Virus record (IMG/VR): IMGVR_UViG_3300044701_002219
From: an uncultured virus (IMG/VR IMGVR_UViG_3300044701_002219)
Lineage: Duplodnaviria; Heunggongvirae; Uroviricota; Caudoviricetes
Reading direction: 5' to 3' (one strand)
DNA length: 56,207 nt
The notes under the pieces were generated by a model. That model searched no databases, was not told the DNA's origin, and saw only the letters and a program-made list of their open reading frames with translations. The position numbers and the translations under genes are program-made. Positions 19,494 to 29,705 of the stretch are shown one piece after another (position 1 is the first letter of the stretch; every line of letters starts with the position of its first letter).

Positions 19494-22259
19494 TTATTTT
19501 TTCTTATTATCTGGCTTTTTAACATCAAAGCGATTCTTGTTAGTCTTAGCTATATCCAGATCTATTTGTTTAGCATCTCTCATAGCCTGGATTTTTTCTC
19601 TTTCGATACTCATTTTATCCTGGTGAGCAGACATCTTATTATCTTCTTTGGTATTATCCATTTCCATAATCTGACTAAACTCATCGCTTTTACGGATGTT
19701 GTCCATAGTATCCTTAAAGTCGCTTTGCATATTCTGATTAATATCCTGCATAGCACCGTATCCGGCAGCTTTGATTTCTGCAACAAGAAGATCTTTGCGG
19801 CGATCTTTCTCATTCTCCATAGCCTTAGCATCAATTTCCATCTGTTTCATCTGCTGAGCCTGTTCAATCTCCATCTGTTTCATTTGCTGCTCATGCTGCA
19901 TTTGCTCCTGACGCTGCTGATTAGCTTTACGCTCAGTAGTCTTAAGAATATTAGTAAGCTCTGCAAGAGAGTCTGACTGTATGATATTTCCTAAATCATA
20001 GATAGAAGCGCCTGCGGTATTGTTAGATATAGCAAGCTGTTTCATCTGCTCTATCACAGATCTATGATTAGCCTTAGTTGTGCAGTAAACATTTAGATCT
20101 CTGAGCAAAAGATCTGTACCATTCATAGTAAAGTTTACGCTCTCATCTTTGCTGGTCATATACTGTAAACGAAGCGACGGCTTCTTAGAGTGGTAGAACT
20201 GTGCAAGGTCTGTACGCATCTGATGAACTCTAGGCATCAGATAATCAGAGTGTTGTATAAAGTACATTTCCGTCTGAGCGTAGGATCCTGCCACGGCCTG
20301 TTCTATACCTTTAGCTGTATCGGTTTGACCTATCTGTTGGCCCAATCTCTGCGGCGTAATACCAATAGTTTCAAACGCTTGTTGCTTAAAGTAATTAGCC
20401 AACTGTATCCTAGACATCATCCTTTGCGTTTGCTCGAGATTAAGTGTTTGGAAATGCTGGAAGTTTAAAGGGTTTTCCGTATTTGTAATAGATGTGTCCA
20501 AAGGAAGCATCTGGAAGTTCTTCATTGCTACATAAGCTTTGGCTAGATTGTTCTTTCCCCAATCTTCACCCAGCGAATGTCTAGGCAGCGCGTTTTGATC
20601 CAACAAAATCACGGTACCTAGTTCATCCACTAGAATATCTGCGATTTGGTTGTTTACAATATTATAACCAATTTGATATGGTTTCATAAGATCTACAAGA
20701 GCTGTAGATCGTGTATTTCTATCTGAGAACACAGACCCTTCTACAGGAAGCTTACATCCGTAGAGAGTATTGTCTCCTTTAAACTGGAACTTAAGAGGAC
20801 CAATCTTATTTTGACCAATACCTAAGTACATAGGATTTACACCTCCAGGATTATTCATACCCCAGAAACTAGGATGGTTAGGTCCGATCTTTACACCACC
20901 CCAAACTTGGTTGATCCATATCCAATCTAAGTGCTCTCCAAAGACTAGATTATCTTTTGTTTTATTCTTTACAAGCTGGTTGTTATAAACCGGCTTATCT
21001 GTTACTTTGTAAGATTCATCTACTACATCAGTGATTACTTCACCGGATTCTGTGATCTTAGTTAGATGACCGACTTTACGCTGAGATTTCCAGTATGCTG
21101 TAGTTGTTCTAAGCATAAAGGCCATACCCATATCAAAGTAGTCCTCAGACTCACCCATGATCCAGTTTATGATATCCCCGCCATTGTAAACAAAGTTATC
21201 GTACATAGATACGAACTGGCGATATGCAAGACCGGGCATATTAGTATTCCACTCATGAGTCTTAGTAGCATCATAATAACTTCCATCGTTTTGGTAACCC
21301 TGTAGTGGATAACCGGCAGAGCGGACAGGATATATTGCTTCAAGTGATTCAAGCTGTTCTTGTGTCATTAAGTAGCCGTACTTATCGATAACATCGGCTA
21401 CAGTCATCATCTCAATCTTGCCAACCCAGTTGCCCTGCGAGATGTACCTGACATCTGGGGATTTATGATAAAAAGTAAGTACCGGATTCCAAAGTTCGAT
21501 ATCATAATCATCTTCTCCCATACGGAAGTGCCAGAATTCTCTATCGGTAATCAAGCTATCGCGGAAACCTCTTTCTTCTAACTCGTCCATCTTAAAACGC
21601 TCTTCATCAATCTGATGCTGGTGAGAAGCCCACTGCTCACAAAGAGATCTGTAGGACTTATCAAAGAAGGTTTGAATCTCTGGAAGAGACTTAAGATTCT
21701 CAGGTGCCATCTGCTGTTGCATTTGTTCCTGAACCTCTGGATCATTAGGATCCATCCCTTGAGCTATAAGATTTGTTATAAGTTTGTTTTGAGCATCTTC
21801 CAAAAGAACTTTCTCTATAGCCATTCTTTTTTGCTCCATCTTTTCGTTGTAGGTATATTCATCTACACCTCTAAAAGATACACGGCTGTTACGTTTTGCA
21901 AACTCGGATGTAAGAACATTAATAACATTTGGAATAATAGGATAAAACTTTAGTTCCAAAGCGCTAAAGTCCTCTTGCACAAGAGTTTCCACAATATCCC
22001 GCATCTCGTTATCGTTCTCTACTATATAATCAGATTTATCTATGATACCTTTTGCAAGCTTATAGTTCTTCATCAAACGGCGAGCGTTACGACGAATCTG
22101 CTTTAACCCTTGCCATTCTAACCAGTCAAGGTTCCAAGCAGTCCACTCTTGATCCTTTTCTTTTCGTGGTAAAAATTGGATAGGCTGGGTTATGGATCCC
22201 ATGCGGTTGTATTCCGCCTTGGCTCCAGCCTTCATCTGCATCGCGTTTAATACTTTCAT
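19494..22259 (-). CDS. Portal protein
   Basis: 921 aa. FYPIIPNVINVL..E..KR, LVDLMKPYQI.YNI, GITPQRLGQ, long Gln/Met-rich C-terminal barrel helix. Follows TerL. Confidence 0.9.
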   Translation of the reverse strand: MKVLNAMQMKAGAKAEYNRMGSITQPIQFLPRKEKDQEWTAWNLDWLEWQGLKQIRRNARRLMKNYKLAKGIIDKSDYIVENDNEMRDIVETLVQEDFSALELKFYPIIPNVINVLTSEFAKRNSRVSFRGVDEYTYNEKMEQKRMAIEKVLLEDAQNKLITNLIAQGMDPNDPEVQEQMQQQMAPENLKSLPEIQTFFDKSYRSLCEQWASHQHQIDEERFKMDELEERGFRDSLITDREFWHFRMGEDDYDIELWNPVLTFYHKSPDVRYISQGNWVGKIEMMTVADVIDKYGYLMTQEQLESLEAIYPVRSAGYPLQGYQNDGSYYDATKTHEWNTNMPGLAYRQFVSMYDNFVYNGGDIINWIMGESEDYFDMGMAFMLRTTTAYWKSQRKVGHLTKITESGEVITDVVDESYKVTDKPVYNNQLVKNKTKDNLVFGEHLDWIWINQVWGGVKIGPNHPSFWGMNNPGGVNPMYLGIGQNKIGPLKFQFKGDNTLYGCKLPVEGSVFSDRNTRSTALVDLMKPYQIGYNIVNNQIADILVDELGTVILLDQNALPRHSLGEDWGKNNLAKAYVAMKNFQMLPLDTSITNTENPLNFQHFQTLNLEQTQRMMSRIQLANYFKQQAFETIGITPQRLGQQIGQTDTAKGIEQAVAGSYAQTEMYFIQHSDYLMPRVHQMRTDLAQFYHSKKPSLRLQYMTSKDESVNFTMNGTDLLLRDLNVYCTTKANHRSVIEQMKQLAISNNTAGASIYDLGNIIQSDSLAELTNILKTTERKANQQRQEQMQHEQQMKQMEIEQAQQMKQMEIDAKAMENEKDRRKDLLVAEIKAAGYGAMQDINQNMQSDFKDTMDNIRKSDEFSQIMEMDNTKEDNKMSAHQDKMSIEREKIQAMRDAKQIDLDIAKTNKNRFDVKKPDNKKK

Positions 22260-22260
22260 A

Positions 22261-24468
22261 TTATCTTATATTTTTAAACGGGTTCCGAGGTGCTTTCTTC
22301 CCGGAACTTGAAGAGCCCTTCCCGATATGTCGAAAAGGGCTATTATCTAATTTAAACAAATTCTTGGACTTTTCCAAGGGTTTAGTGTTAATATGTTCTA
22401 CTCTTTTACGGTATCCTCTGTTAGCTTGTTGCACTTTAGCAAAAGCTATAAGCGAAGCTAAAGCTACTAATCTATCGACATTTATACCATCCTGATACTT
22501 CTCCATCTCTATGATGGCCATAATATCTGGAATTCTTTCTATACCATATCGTCTTTTTACGATAGTCCCGTCCTCTTTAGTTATCTGATCAATCTCTTCT
22601 TTTAGATATTCGATAAGGTAGCTAAGCATGTGGTTTTTAAATAAGGTGCCGGTATTCTTCCAGCCGTAATCCTGAAACACGTTAGCATTAGAACCAAGAT
22701 CTTTTAGGAAGCTTATCTGATTTTTAGGAACTAGATACTTCTGAAGACGCCGGCTAATCATGTGCCGGATGAAAAGACTTATGTTATTTTCTACTACAGT
22801 CCAAGCGTTATACCACTCGATAATCATCTCGAGTCTTTCGTGTGTTTTATTTAGGTCATCAAATCTTCCGCACCAAGCTGCTACAATTTTATCATGCTCT
22901 ATAAAAACTTCGCTTCTATCACGATCTACTCTAGTTACTTCTACAGGATTCTTGTATACGTAGATAGAACAGAGTGATTCTGAAGTTGTAGTTTTACCTT
23001 CAGAAACAGGATCGACTGAAGCATAGTATGTTCCCCAAGGCGCGTTAGCATCTGGTTTTTCCCATACTACGATTACTCCAGTTTTATCTTCTGTATCTTT
23101 CTTAATAGGAAATTCTCTAATAGGAAGTTTGTTGCTATCTCTAGGAACTACTTTGCCATTAGTATCTCTAGCTAAATCTATAAACTCGTAAGCATATTCT
23201 TTATCCTCAATCCTTCTACGTTGGGCACCTAAAAGATCCTGAGGAAACTTAGACACTGTACGGTAATCAAAAGCTTCTTTAATATTTATAGGATGCTGGG
23301 ATACCCTGAGTTGATACTTTTCTGGAGATAAATCTTTTTTCCAAGTTTCTCTTTCTTTCATGATGGCATCTAAAGCATCTTGTACTAAAGAGTTACCATA
23401 CTGATCAATATACGGAGGCATAGACCACTGCTCTGGAATAAATAAACCAGTAAGAGCAACGGTATCTTTATCATCTACTAGATCTGTTTCTACGGCATAA
23501 ATGCTATTCGAACTTGGAAATAGAATCATATCTTTCAAAGGTTCGCATTGATCTAAATCACCCACAGATCCTGCAGCTATAAAAGTACCGGTAGTAATAT
23601 GTCCAGATTGTAAAGCGGGAAACAAGTATTCTACTGTTATATTCATCTTAGGAGCAATACCAGCCTCTTCGTGAAAGAAGTAAGTACAAGGACCACCGAC
23701 ACCAGATGTAGGATCTTTTTCAAATGTTACACTAGATAACACTCCTTTGAGACCTTTCATATATCTTCTTCCTGAAGAGTTTACCTCTTCAATCTGCTGT
23801 TGCCACATTCCGACTTTACCAGGATTCATAGGACGGTACCAAGCTGTGTGCTCGTTTAAGAAAGACTGATACTCATTAAGAAACTTCCAAGAACCTTTCT
23901 CATTGATATAGTCTTTAAGACTAGCACCTATTTTTAGGATCGGAGTCTCTTCGAACCAAAGCTGGTTGATAAGCTTGGCGCAATGAAAATATGAAGACGC
24001 TATCTGACGTTTCTTTAGGATAGCGCAGTGTAAATAATTAAGTTCTGCTAGAATCTCATAGAGAGCCATATGATACTGAGCATCTCGAACATCTGCGAAA
24101 TCAAATCTTCTAGTCTCTTTATTATTGATAGGTAAGAAGTTGAGCCACATGTAATACTCTCGCGTAAGATACCAAGTCTTACCGTTGTTCTTAAATATTG
24201 CTCCATAACGACACTTCTTCTTTTCAAAATCCCAATACTTTATAAAGTCTTTGCTTCTTATGGGTGCTGCACAATAAAACTTTTGCTGATTGTAAACTTT
24301 AGCTTGCTCGTTAAACATCAAAGATGTTTCATCAAACTCGTACTTCCCAGGTTCTTTAAAACATGATTTTACAAAAATCCGGAAGTCGTCTCTAGTAGCA
24401 AATGCTGTATCCTCTACCCACTCACCGTTTTCCCACGTAGGGACTTCTATAAAGTTAGATTTGATCAT
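22261..24468 (-). CDS. terL: Terminase large subunit
   Basis: Walker A region AILKKRQIASSY, Walker B FFHEEAG, RNase H-like nuclease YYASVDPVSEG..VENN..DRLVAL. Confidence 0.92.
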   Translation of the reverse strand: MIKSNFIEVPTWENGEWVEDTAFATRDDFRIFVKSCFKEPGKYEFDETSLMFNEQAKVYNQQKFYCAAPIRSKDFIKYWDFEKKKCRYGAIFKNNGKTWYLTREYYMWLNFLPINNKETRRFDFADVRDAQYHMALYEILAELNYLHCAILKKRQIASSYFHCAKLINQLWFEETPILKIGASLKDYINEKGSWKFLNEYQSFLNEHTAWYRPMNPGKVGMWQQQIEEVNSSGRRYMKGLKGVLSSVTFEKDPTSGVGGPCTYFFHEEAGIAPKMNITVEYLFPALQSGHITTGTFIAAGSVGDLDQCEPLKDMILFPSSNSIYAVETDLVDDKDTVALTGLFIPEQWSMPPYIDQYGNSLVQDALDAIMKERETWKKDLSPEKYQLRVSQHPINIKEAFDYRTVSKFPQDLLGAQRRRIEDKEYAYEFIDLARDTNGKVVPRDSNKLPIREFPIKKDTEDKTGVIVVWEKPDANAPWGTYYASVDPVSEGKTTTSESLCSIYVYKNPVEVTRVDRDRSEVFIEHDKIVAAWCGRFDDLNKTHERLEMIIEWYNAWTVVENNISLFIRHMISRRLQKYLVPKNQISFLKDLGSNANVFQDYGWKNTGTLFKNHMLSYLIEYLKEEIDQITKEDGTIVKRRYGIERIPDIMAIIEMEKYQDGINVDRLVALASLIAFAKVQQANRGYRKRVEHINTKPLEKSKNLFKLDNSPFRHIGKGSSSSGKKAPRNPFKNIR

Positions 24469-24970
24469 AAGCTAATCCAGCGCCTCCTCTGGTTTTAGTT
24501 TGTTGTTCTTCCATAAGATCTTTGTAAACCCCTTTGTAGCTTTGTCTTATAGAATCAAAGTCTTTTGCTATACGACCTATCTGACTTACATTACCGTCGC
24601 GTCCATCCGTTATAGGCGTATAGGCCATATATTTAGCTATATTATCCAAAGCTTTTTTTATACCGTAATATGCTCTGGATGTTTCTGTTTCGTACATCTT
24701 TCTGCAACGATCAAGAGCCTTAACTATAATTTCGTCTTCTACAGAAAACTCTGCTTCTATCTCATTAAGAATAACCTCTTCTTTGTCTTCTTCTAGAAAA
24801 TGGAAAAAAGGATTAAGATCCGGGTTAGGACAACACATATAAAAAAGATAAGTATAAATCTTAAGATGATCCTGAGGATACTTATCCATTATCTCTTTTA
24901 AAAACTTAAGAGTATAACAGTGTTCTGTAGGAATAAGTTTTCCTTCGTGTACATCAAATAATCTTATCAT
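24455..24970 (-). CDS. Putative terminase small subunit
   Basis: 171 aa helical protein overlapping the TerL start. C-terminal KTRGG motif. Confidence 0.45.
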   Translation of the reverse strand: MIRLFDVHEGKLIPTEHCYTLKFLKEIMDKYPQDHLKIYTYLFYMCCPNPDLNPFFHFLEEDKEEVILNEIEAEFSVEDEIIVKALDRCRKMYETETSRAYYGIKKALDNIAKYMAYTPITDGRDGNVSQIGRIAKDFDSIRQSYKGVYKDLMEEQQTKTRGGAGLAYDQI

Positions 24971-25158
24971 CTTCTACGCCATTTAATAGATATATTAAAA
25001 CACAAAATGGTAATATACATATCTGTGTAATACTCCATAGGAAAACCTATTCCAAAACATATACCTGGAAATACGTTTACTCTGATTTTAAACTTTGGTT
25101 TTTTCATATTTATTTTTTCGCAAAAAAGTCTTCTATGCTCATACGGATTGTTGCTCAT
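24967..25158 (-). CDS. Hypothetical small protein
   Basis: In operon, overlapping neighbours. True start may be the internal MKKPKF. Confidence 0.4.
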   Translation of the reverse strand: MSNNPYEHRRLFCEKINMKKPKFKIRVNVFPGICFGIGFPMEYYTDMYITILCFNISIKWRRR

Positions 25159-25366
25159 TTCTTATAGGACTTATTTTAGTTCTACCCATAGTTACATTCT
25201 TAAATCCTCTAACCTGATCGTTCTTCCAAGCCCACACTTCTCCGGTATCATCCTGTATAACTACCCACTTAAGATCGTGTTCTTCAGAATAGTCTATTAC
25301 AAGAATAGCTTGAGCAGGTCCTTTTGGAGTAACTAAAGGTATCTGGGGATCTAACTGTATAATCAT
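25139..25366 (-). CDS. Hypothetical protein (MIIQLDPQIPLVTPKG family)
   Basis: 75 aa, in operon. Confidence 0.6.
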   Translation of the reverse strand: MIIQLDPQIPLVTPKGPAQAILVIDYSEEHDLKWVVIQDDTGEVWAWKNDQVRGFKNVTMGRTKISPIRNEQQSV

Positions 25367-26196
25367 TTTTTCTTTATTTTATCTCTGTTTTCGTGTAACC
25401 AATTTATCATCGCTATTACTTCTGTCTTTAGGTAAGGTACTTCATAAGGAGTAACTTCTTTAACTATTGGATTACCATAAGAATCCTTCTTAGCTATAGG
25501 ATATCCGAAATCATCTAAACCTTGCTCTTCAAAAGTAATATGATGCAACCAAAGCTTACCTGGTTTATATCTAGGATTATGCTTTAGTATGATGTAAAGA
25601 TAAGTACTTAATTGCAAAGAATAATGATTAAAGTTGCAATCATCTAGATGCATACACGGGCCCAACATCTTTTGAGACAAACCTTCATAATTCTTAAAGC
25701 TTTCTTTCTTTATCTCTTTGTTAGTTTTGTAATCTACAATCTCCACAGTATCCTTAACAATCTCAACTCTATCAGACTGTCCGCATATACCTGCAGACTT
25801 TAGATAAACAAAATGCTCCGGATAGATACCTTCAGTAAGCTTCTGATCCGGAGCCATTTTGAGATCGCCATCATATAAAGGCTTAAAGATCTGTATAGGT
25901 ACACCAGAGCGCTCTATCGTCTCATGAGCCATCAGGTCTTTTTCGCGTTCATTATGATACCAAGTACCAAGATCGGTTGCACGTTTACCTTCGGACTCCC
26001 AGGCTTGCAAAATCTTTTCTACAGATAAGCCGTACCATTTAGACTTCTTATTGCGAGAAGACTTGAGCGCTTGAGCCGGTGCGTCAAACGACTGTTTAAA
26101 CTGGTTAACAAATGAGGTAACACTAATCCAGTTGATGTTCTCATTAGGATCTGAGCTCTTGTAGCTATGATCTTGGGCTGTGAATATGACTGACAT
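25363..26196 (-). CDS. PD-(D/E)xK exonuclease
   Basis: SVT..GTWYH..E..ICGQSD..IVDYKT..Y.LQLSTY motif series. Confidence 0.8.
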   Translation of the reverse strand: MSVIFTAQDHSYKSSDPNENINWISVTSFVNQFKQSFDAPAQALKSSRNKKSKWYGLSVEKILQAWESEGKRATDLGTWYHNEREKDLMAHETIERSGVPIQIFKPLYDGDLKMAPDQKLTEGIYPEHFVYLKSAGICGQSDRVEIVKDTVEIVDYKTNKEIKKESFKNYEGLSQKMLGPCMHLDDCNFNHYSLQLSTYLYIILKHNPRYKPGKLWLHHITFEEQGLDDFGYPIAKKDSYGNPIVKEVTPYEVPYLKTEVIAMINWLHENRDKIKKK

Positions 26197-26695
26197 CTTG
26201 AGTGGGTGTTTGAGTGGGCGTTTGAGTTGGTGGGTTTTTTAGAGATTCTGGAGAGGGCGTCATCCAATTGTTTATTTCCTTTGCGATATACTCTTGAACT
26301 TCTGCCTGCTTCTCGCATGCAAAAAGAGATTGATGGTTTGCTAAACAAGGATCCTCTAAAGGTTGAAATATATTAGGTTTTTTTAATTCTTTAGCCATTT
26401 TTTTTAATAGTTCAGCATTTTTTCTTCCTTGCTCTTCCACAGCTTGCTGATCAATAGGATTAGCTTCTCTTTCTTTTTGTAAATCGCATACCCATTTATG
26501 TTGATAATCTGATTCACAAGGCTCTACTGGTTCAAATAAGCTGTGTTGTTGTAAACCAGTAGGAGGAATACCTGTAGTATCATCTATTATTCTTGCGCCT
26601 TTGCAAGTAGGACAAGGATACTCTAATTGAGATCCTAGCGTTATGTAAGGATTATTTCCCGTACCCTCACATATTGGACATTTCTGAAAGCTCAT
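26165..26695 (-). CDS. Protein with N-terminal DnaJ-type Zn finger
   Basis: CPICEGTG..CPTCKGAR, low-complexity PTQT tail. Confidence 0.5.
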   Translation of the reverse strand: MSFQKCPICEGTGNNPYITLGSQLEYPCPTCKGARIIDDTTGIPPTGLQQHSLFEPVEPCESDYQHKWVCDLQKEREANPIDQQAVEEQGRKNAELLKKMAKELKKPNIFQPLEDPCLANHQSLFACEKQAEVQEYIAKEINNWMTPSPESLKNPPTQTPTQTPTQDVSHIHSPRS

Positions 26696-27027
26696 GGTTT
26701 ATCTGGATTATAGTTTATTTTTTTATAGTAAGCATCTTGTTCTTCCTCTGTCATCCAGGATTTCCACTTAGGACCATTTGGATGAGAACACTGGGCAGAT
26801 AAGGATCTTGTCATGTAAGCAAGTTTGCAACCACATGCTCCGCAGCATGGGTTTGTTCCTGGAACCAAACATTTAGAACCCTCTTTGTCTATAAGTTCGC
26901 ACTCGTTACAAACTTCTAATCTATCAAAGGCTATAGTTTCTATCTCAGGCTTTCTTATCCAAGAGTTTCTAAAACCCTCCATAATCTGGTGCCTAGTCTT
27001 CCAAATCTTTTTTATTGCTTTTAGCAT
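26692..27027 (-). CDS. Cys-rich Zn-finger protein
   Basis: RLEVCNEC..C..CCGACGC..TRS..C..KW. Confidence 0.65.
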   Translation of the reverse strand: MLKAIKKIWKTRHQIMEGFRNSWIRKPEIETIAFDRLEVCNECELIDKEGSKCLVPGTNPCCGACGCKLAYMTRSLSAQCSHPNGPKWKSWMTEEEQDAYYKKINYNPDKP

Positions 27028-27397
27028 CTCTTTCTTGTTTTTTTGAGTTTTTCTTTTCTAAATCTTTTTTAACCATTTCTCGCATAGCTTCTATTTCTAT
27101 TATCCTCTGCTCCATATCTGCTCGAATTCTATGCTTATTAAAAGTCATATTCTCTGGCTGATTCTTTTCTAGATATTCTTTATAGCCTTTTACTTGCTCA
27201 TCAATTATCCAGTGTTTAACTTTAAAAGAACCAAAGTTTGCTATTGTTATTCTGGGCGCCCTCAAACTTGAGAGAGCTTTTCTTACCTCTTTCCAATAGA
27301 TGTCTACAATCTTTTCTACAAGCTCTTCACTTAATCCTAGTTTATCTGCTGTAGGTTTAAAAAAATCTTTAGGCTTCTTGGGTACCAACGTGTACAA
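26993..27397 (-). CDS. HU/IHF-like DNA-binding protein
   Basis: ADKLGLSEELVEKIVDIYWKEVRKALS..ITIANFGSFKVK is the HU/IHF signature. Confidence 0.7.
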   Translation of the reverse strand: MYTLVPKKPKDFFKPTADKLGLSEELVEKIVDIYWKEVRKALSSLRAPRITIANFGSFKVKHWIIDEQVKGYKEYLEKNQPENMTFNKHRIRADMEQRIIEIEAMREMVKKDLEKKNSKKQERDAKSNKKDLED

Positions 27398-27740
27398 ATT
27401 TATAGTCCAACATTATATTACCAGAAGCTTGAACCTTGAGGTCAGGATTAATAAAGATCTTCTTTTTGTTCTTACCCTCTTTCTTTATAAAACTAGCTTT
27501 ATCCATCTTAACTATACAGTTTCTAACGCTTTGAGTAGTCTTAAAGATTTTCTGGTTTGCAGCAAGATCGCAAAATTCCGCAAGATCGTAATCACCTTTT
27601 ATAGCTAATAAGGTAAGACAGTCAAGCTCAGAATCGCTCATAACTATCTTATTTAGATAGCAATGAGTCATAAACTGATACTTGACCGTATCCCATAGAT
27701 CAAGCCTAGCACGCTTATCTACTAGATTAACCTTTGCCAT
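27369..27740 (-). CDS. Putative winged-HTH DNA-binding protein
   Basis: MSDSELDCLTLL..TQSVRNCIVKMDKASFIKK..IFINP. Confidence 0.45.
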   Translation of the reverse strand: MAKVNLVDKRARLDLWDTVKYQFMTHCYLNKIVMSDSELDCLTLLAIKGDYDLAEFCDLAANQKIFKTTQSVRNCIVKMDKASFIKKEGKNKKKIFINPDLKVQASGNIMLDYKFVHVGTQEA

Positions 27741-27742
27741 GG

Positions 27743-28099
27743 TTATTGTTTTTTGAGCTGTCTTACTTTCTTAGGAGATTCCTCTTCTTCTTCCGTTTCT
27801 GGAGTAGGCTTAAGATCTTCCTCTTGTTCCTGCATAGCTTCTTGCATTCTTTCTCTAGCCTCATCCATTTCTTCTTGAGATGGTGGTTCCGGAGGGCCTG
27901 CCATAATCTGCGCAATACGCATGTTCATAGTGATGCGTTTTAGTCTAGCTTCTTCAATATCAGCTAGTAAAGACTCGTACTCTTTTTGCTTTTTAAGCAT
28001 TGGTATTTGAGTATCATAGAACTTTTTCATGTTCTCGCGGTACTCGTTGAGCTCCTTTTGTGTAGGTTCTCTTTCTTCTTGGTTGGTTGGTTCTGACAT
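27743..28099 (-). CDS. Acidic coiled-coil hypothetical protein
   Basis: Start placed at ATG 28099 (MSEPTNQ). The longer ORF-track start runs through a promoter-like region (TATATTCG). Confidence 0.6.
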   Translation of the reverse strand: MSEPTNQEEREPTQKELNEYRENMKKFYDTQIPMLKKQKEYESLLADIEEARLKRITMNMRIAQIMAGPPEPPSQEEMDEARERMQEAMQEQEEDLKPTPETEEEEESPKKVRQLKKQ

Positions 28100-28160
28100 A
28101 ATAATTGGTTTAAACTTACGCGAATATATACAAAAAAGTTTAAACCTACAACATTTAAAC

Positions 28161-28188
28161 AAAAACCCCTAGATTAACTAGGGGCTCT
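28161..28188 (-). terminator. Intrinsic terminator
   Basis: CCCCTAG-ATTAA-CTAGGGG stem with an A-tract on +. Confidence 0.6.
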
Positions 28189-28216
28189 TGATGTTATGGA
28201 AACAGGAAACAGAGAA

Positions 28217-28903
28217 TCAATATAAATCGTATCCTTCAAAAGGAGTTTGCCATTGTCTTATTCCAGTGTATCTATAGTAAAATATAGTCTCTCCAGCTGG
28301 TTGATATATAGGTGCTAGGTAAGGAGTTATCACTCCAAGAGCTGCATCCGCTGGAACTTTTAAAGTATTCCATCTATTAGCATAAACAAGGCCTTGGTCA
28401 AAAGTACCTATAAGGTTGCCATCAGCATCTAAAAGCGCTTTACTAGGAGTTGTCCCGCCACTAAAAACACCCATCTGTGAAAACATATTATTAATATCCG
28501 CAGCAGTGTAGTAACCAGATGTTTGTAATGTTTCTAGCTGCTCAAAAGGATATATGATGTTGAATAACTTACTAATAGTTACCTGTAGCTGATCCCATTC
28601 TAGTTCTGAAAAAGCCACTATAGTACCAACTGTTTTATAGTGGTTAGATTGGACTACTACGTATTGGTCAGTTTGAGGTTCCCCGTTTACTAATCGCTTA
28701 TCCCAATCTGCGTTAAAGTTTGCTATTTTTACTTCTTTAGCATATACGCTAGCCATAAAGTTTACAGCATCAATAACCGGATTCTGCCACTTAGAAGTCT
28801 TCCTAGATGGTAGTCGATAACTACTAGATGTGTTTAACTTTATGCCTTTAATGTTATTAGCTATGCTATAAGCCTTAGGTAAAAGTTTATTATCGGTAAT
28901 CAT
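28217..28903 (-). CDS. Hypothetical protein
   Basis: 228 aa ORF, in operon. Confidence 0.55.
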   Translation of the reverse strand: MITDNKLLPKAYSIANNIKGIKLNTSSSYRLPSRKTSKWQNPVIDAVNFMASVYAKEVKIANFNADWDKRLVNGEPQTDQYVVVQSNHYKTVGTIVAFSELEWDQLQVTISKLFNIIYPFEQLETLQTSGYYTAADINNMFSQMGVFSGGTTPSKALLDADGNLIGTFDQGLVYANRWNTLKVPADAALGVITPYLAPIYQPAGETIFYYRYTGIRQWQTPFEGYDLY

Positions 28904-28904
28904 A

Positions 28905-29183
28905 TTATCTGCTCATTTGGATTTGTACTAGTTGCTCAACGCTGTCCGATAGCTTACCCACGGTCTGAGCTAAGTTTCTTAGTTCTAACTGTGTGGTTTG
29001 CTCTATTCTTTTTACATCGTTATTAAGCTGTTGCTCAACAAGTTCTATTCTTCCTTTATTTTTTCCAGCTTCCACCATAACAAGTTTAAGATCGCTGTGA
29101 ACTAGTTTAAGAAAATACCCTAAGATAGAAACTAATAGGGTAATTATTACTCCGGCTATTGCTAATACAAACTCCATATTCAT
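28905..29183 (-). CDS. Membrane-anchored coiled-coil protein (holin/spanin-like)
   Basis: One N-terminal TM helix followed by a coiled coil. Confidence 0.55.
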   Translation of the reverse strand: MNMEFVLAIAGVIITLLVSILGYFLKLVHSDLKLVMVEAGKNKGRIELVEQQLNNDVKRIEQTTQLELRNLAQTVGKLSDSVEQLVQIQMSR

Positions 29184-29184
29184 C

Positions 29185-29418
29185 TTAGTTTTGAGTTGGT
29201 GTTTCTTCTTCTTTGAAGAAGTTAGTTAGAAACTTGCCTATAACTCCTAGTACAAAAGCGGAGGCTATAATAATCTTTACTTCTTGCGGTGTAAAGATTT
29301 CTTTTAACTGATCATAAGCTATTAAGCTACCACCTGTTATAAAGGTACATACAGCTAAAATTGTATCACCTATCATTCTCCATTTCTTAGGAGTGGGTTT
29401 CCAGTAATTCTTAAGCAT
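29185..29418 (-). CDS. Holin-like two-TM protein
   Basis: YWKPTPKKWRMIGD followed by two hydrophobic segments. Confidence 0.6.
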   Translation of the reverse strand: MLKNYWKPTPKKWRMIGDTILAVCTFITGGSLIAYDQLKEIFTPQEVKIIIASAFVLGVIGKFLTNFFKEEETPTQN

Positions 29419-29420
29419 AT

Positions 29421-29705
29421 TTATTTTTTTACAAAGTATTTATAATGAAACCAGGCTGCCCATACAAAAACGATAGCTAGGCCGGAATTGAATATTACCT
29501 CAGATATACTAGGGTCGGCTACTGTAAGAACATTAAGAAATGCGCCAGAAGCAGTCATAGCTAAAGCTGTTTTTATAATAGATCTCTCAAAAAAGTGAAG
29601 TTTATCTATAGTACCCGATCTTCCATATACAAAGATCATAAACATAGACAAAGCTACGGTTAGCAGCGTATTAGCTGCTAGATTTATCAACTGGCTTAAC
29701 GGCAT
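29421..29705 (-). CDS. Three-TM membrane protein (holin-like)
   Basis: Three hydrophobic helices, basic C-terminus. Confidence 0.5.
   Translation of the reverse strand: MPLSQLINLAANTLLTVALSMFMIFVYGRSGTIDKLHFFERSIIKTALAMTASGAFLNVLTVADPSISEVIFNSGLAIVFVWAAWFHYKYFVKK

Noticed and set aside
16464..24468. Introns or inteins in TerL, portal or MCP
   Set aside because: The ORFs are uninterrupted, of expected size, and show no intein-like or homing-endonuclease segments.
25363..26196. Cas4 / CRISPR adaptation gene
   Set aside because: It lacks the four-Cys Fe-S pattern and there is no array. It is an ordinary phage PD-(D/E)xK nuclease.
26198..26233. 12-bp tandem repeat
   Set aside because: It simply encodes the PTQT low-complexity protein tail.
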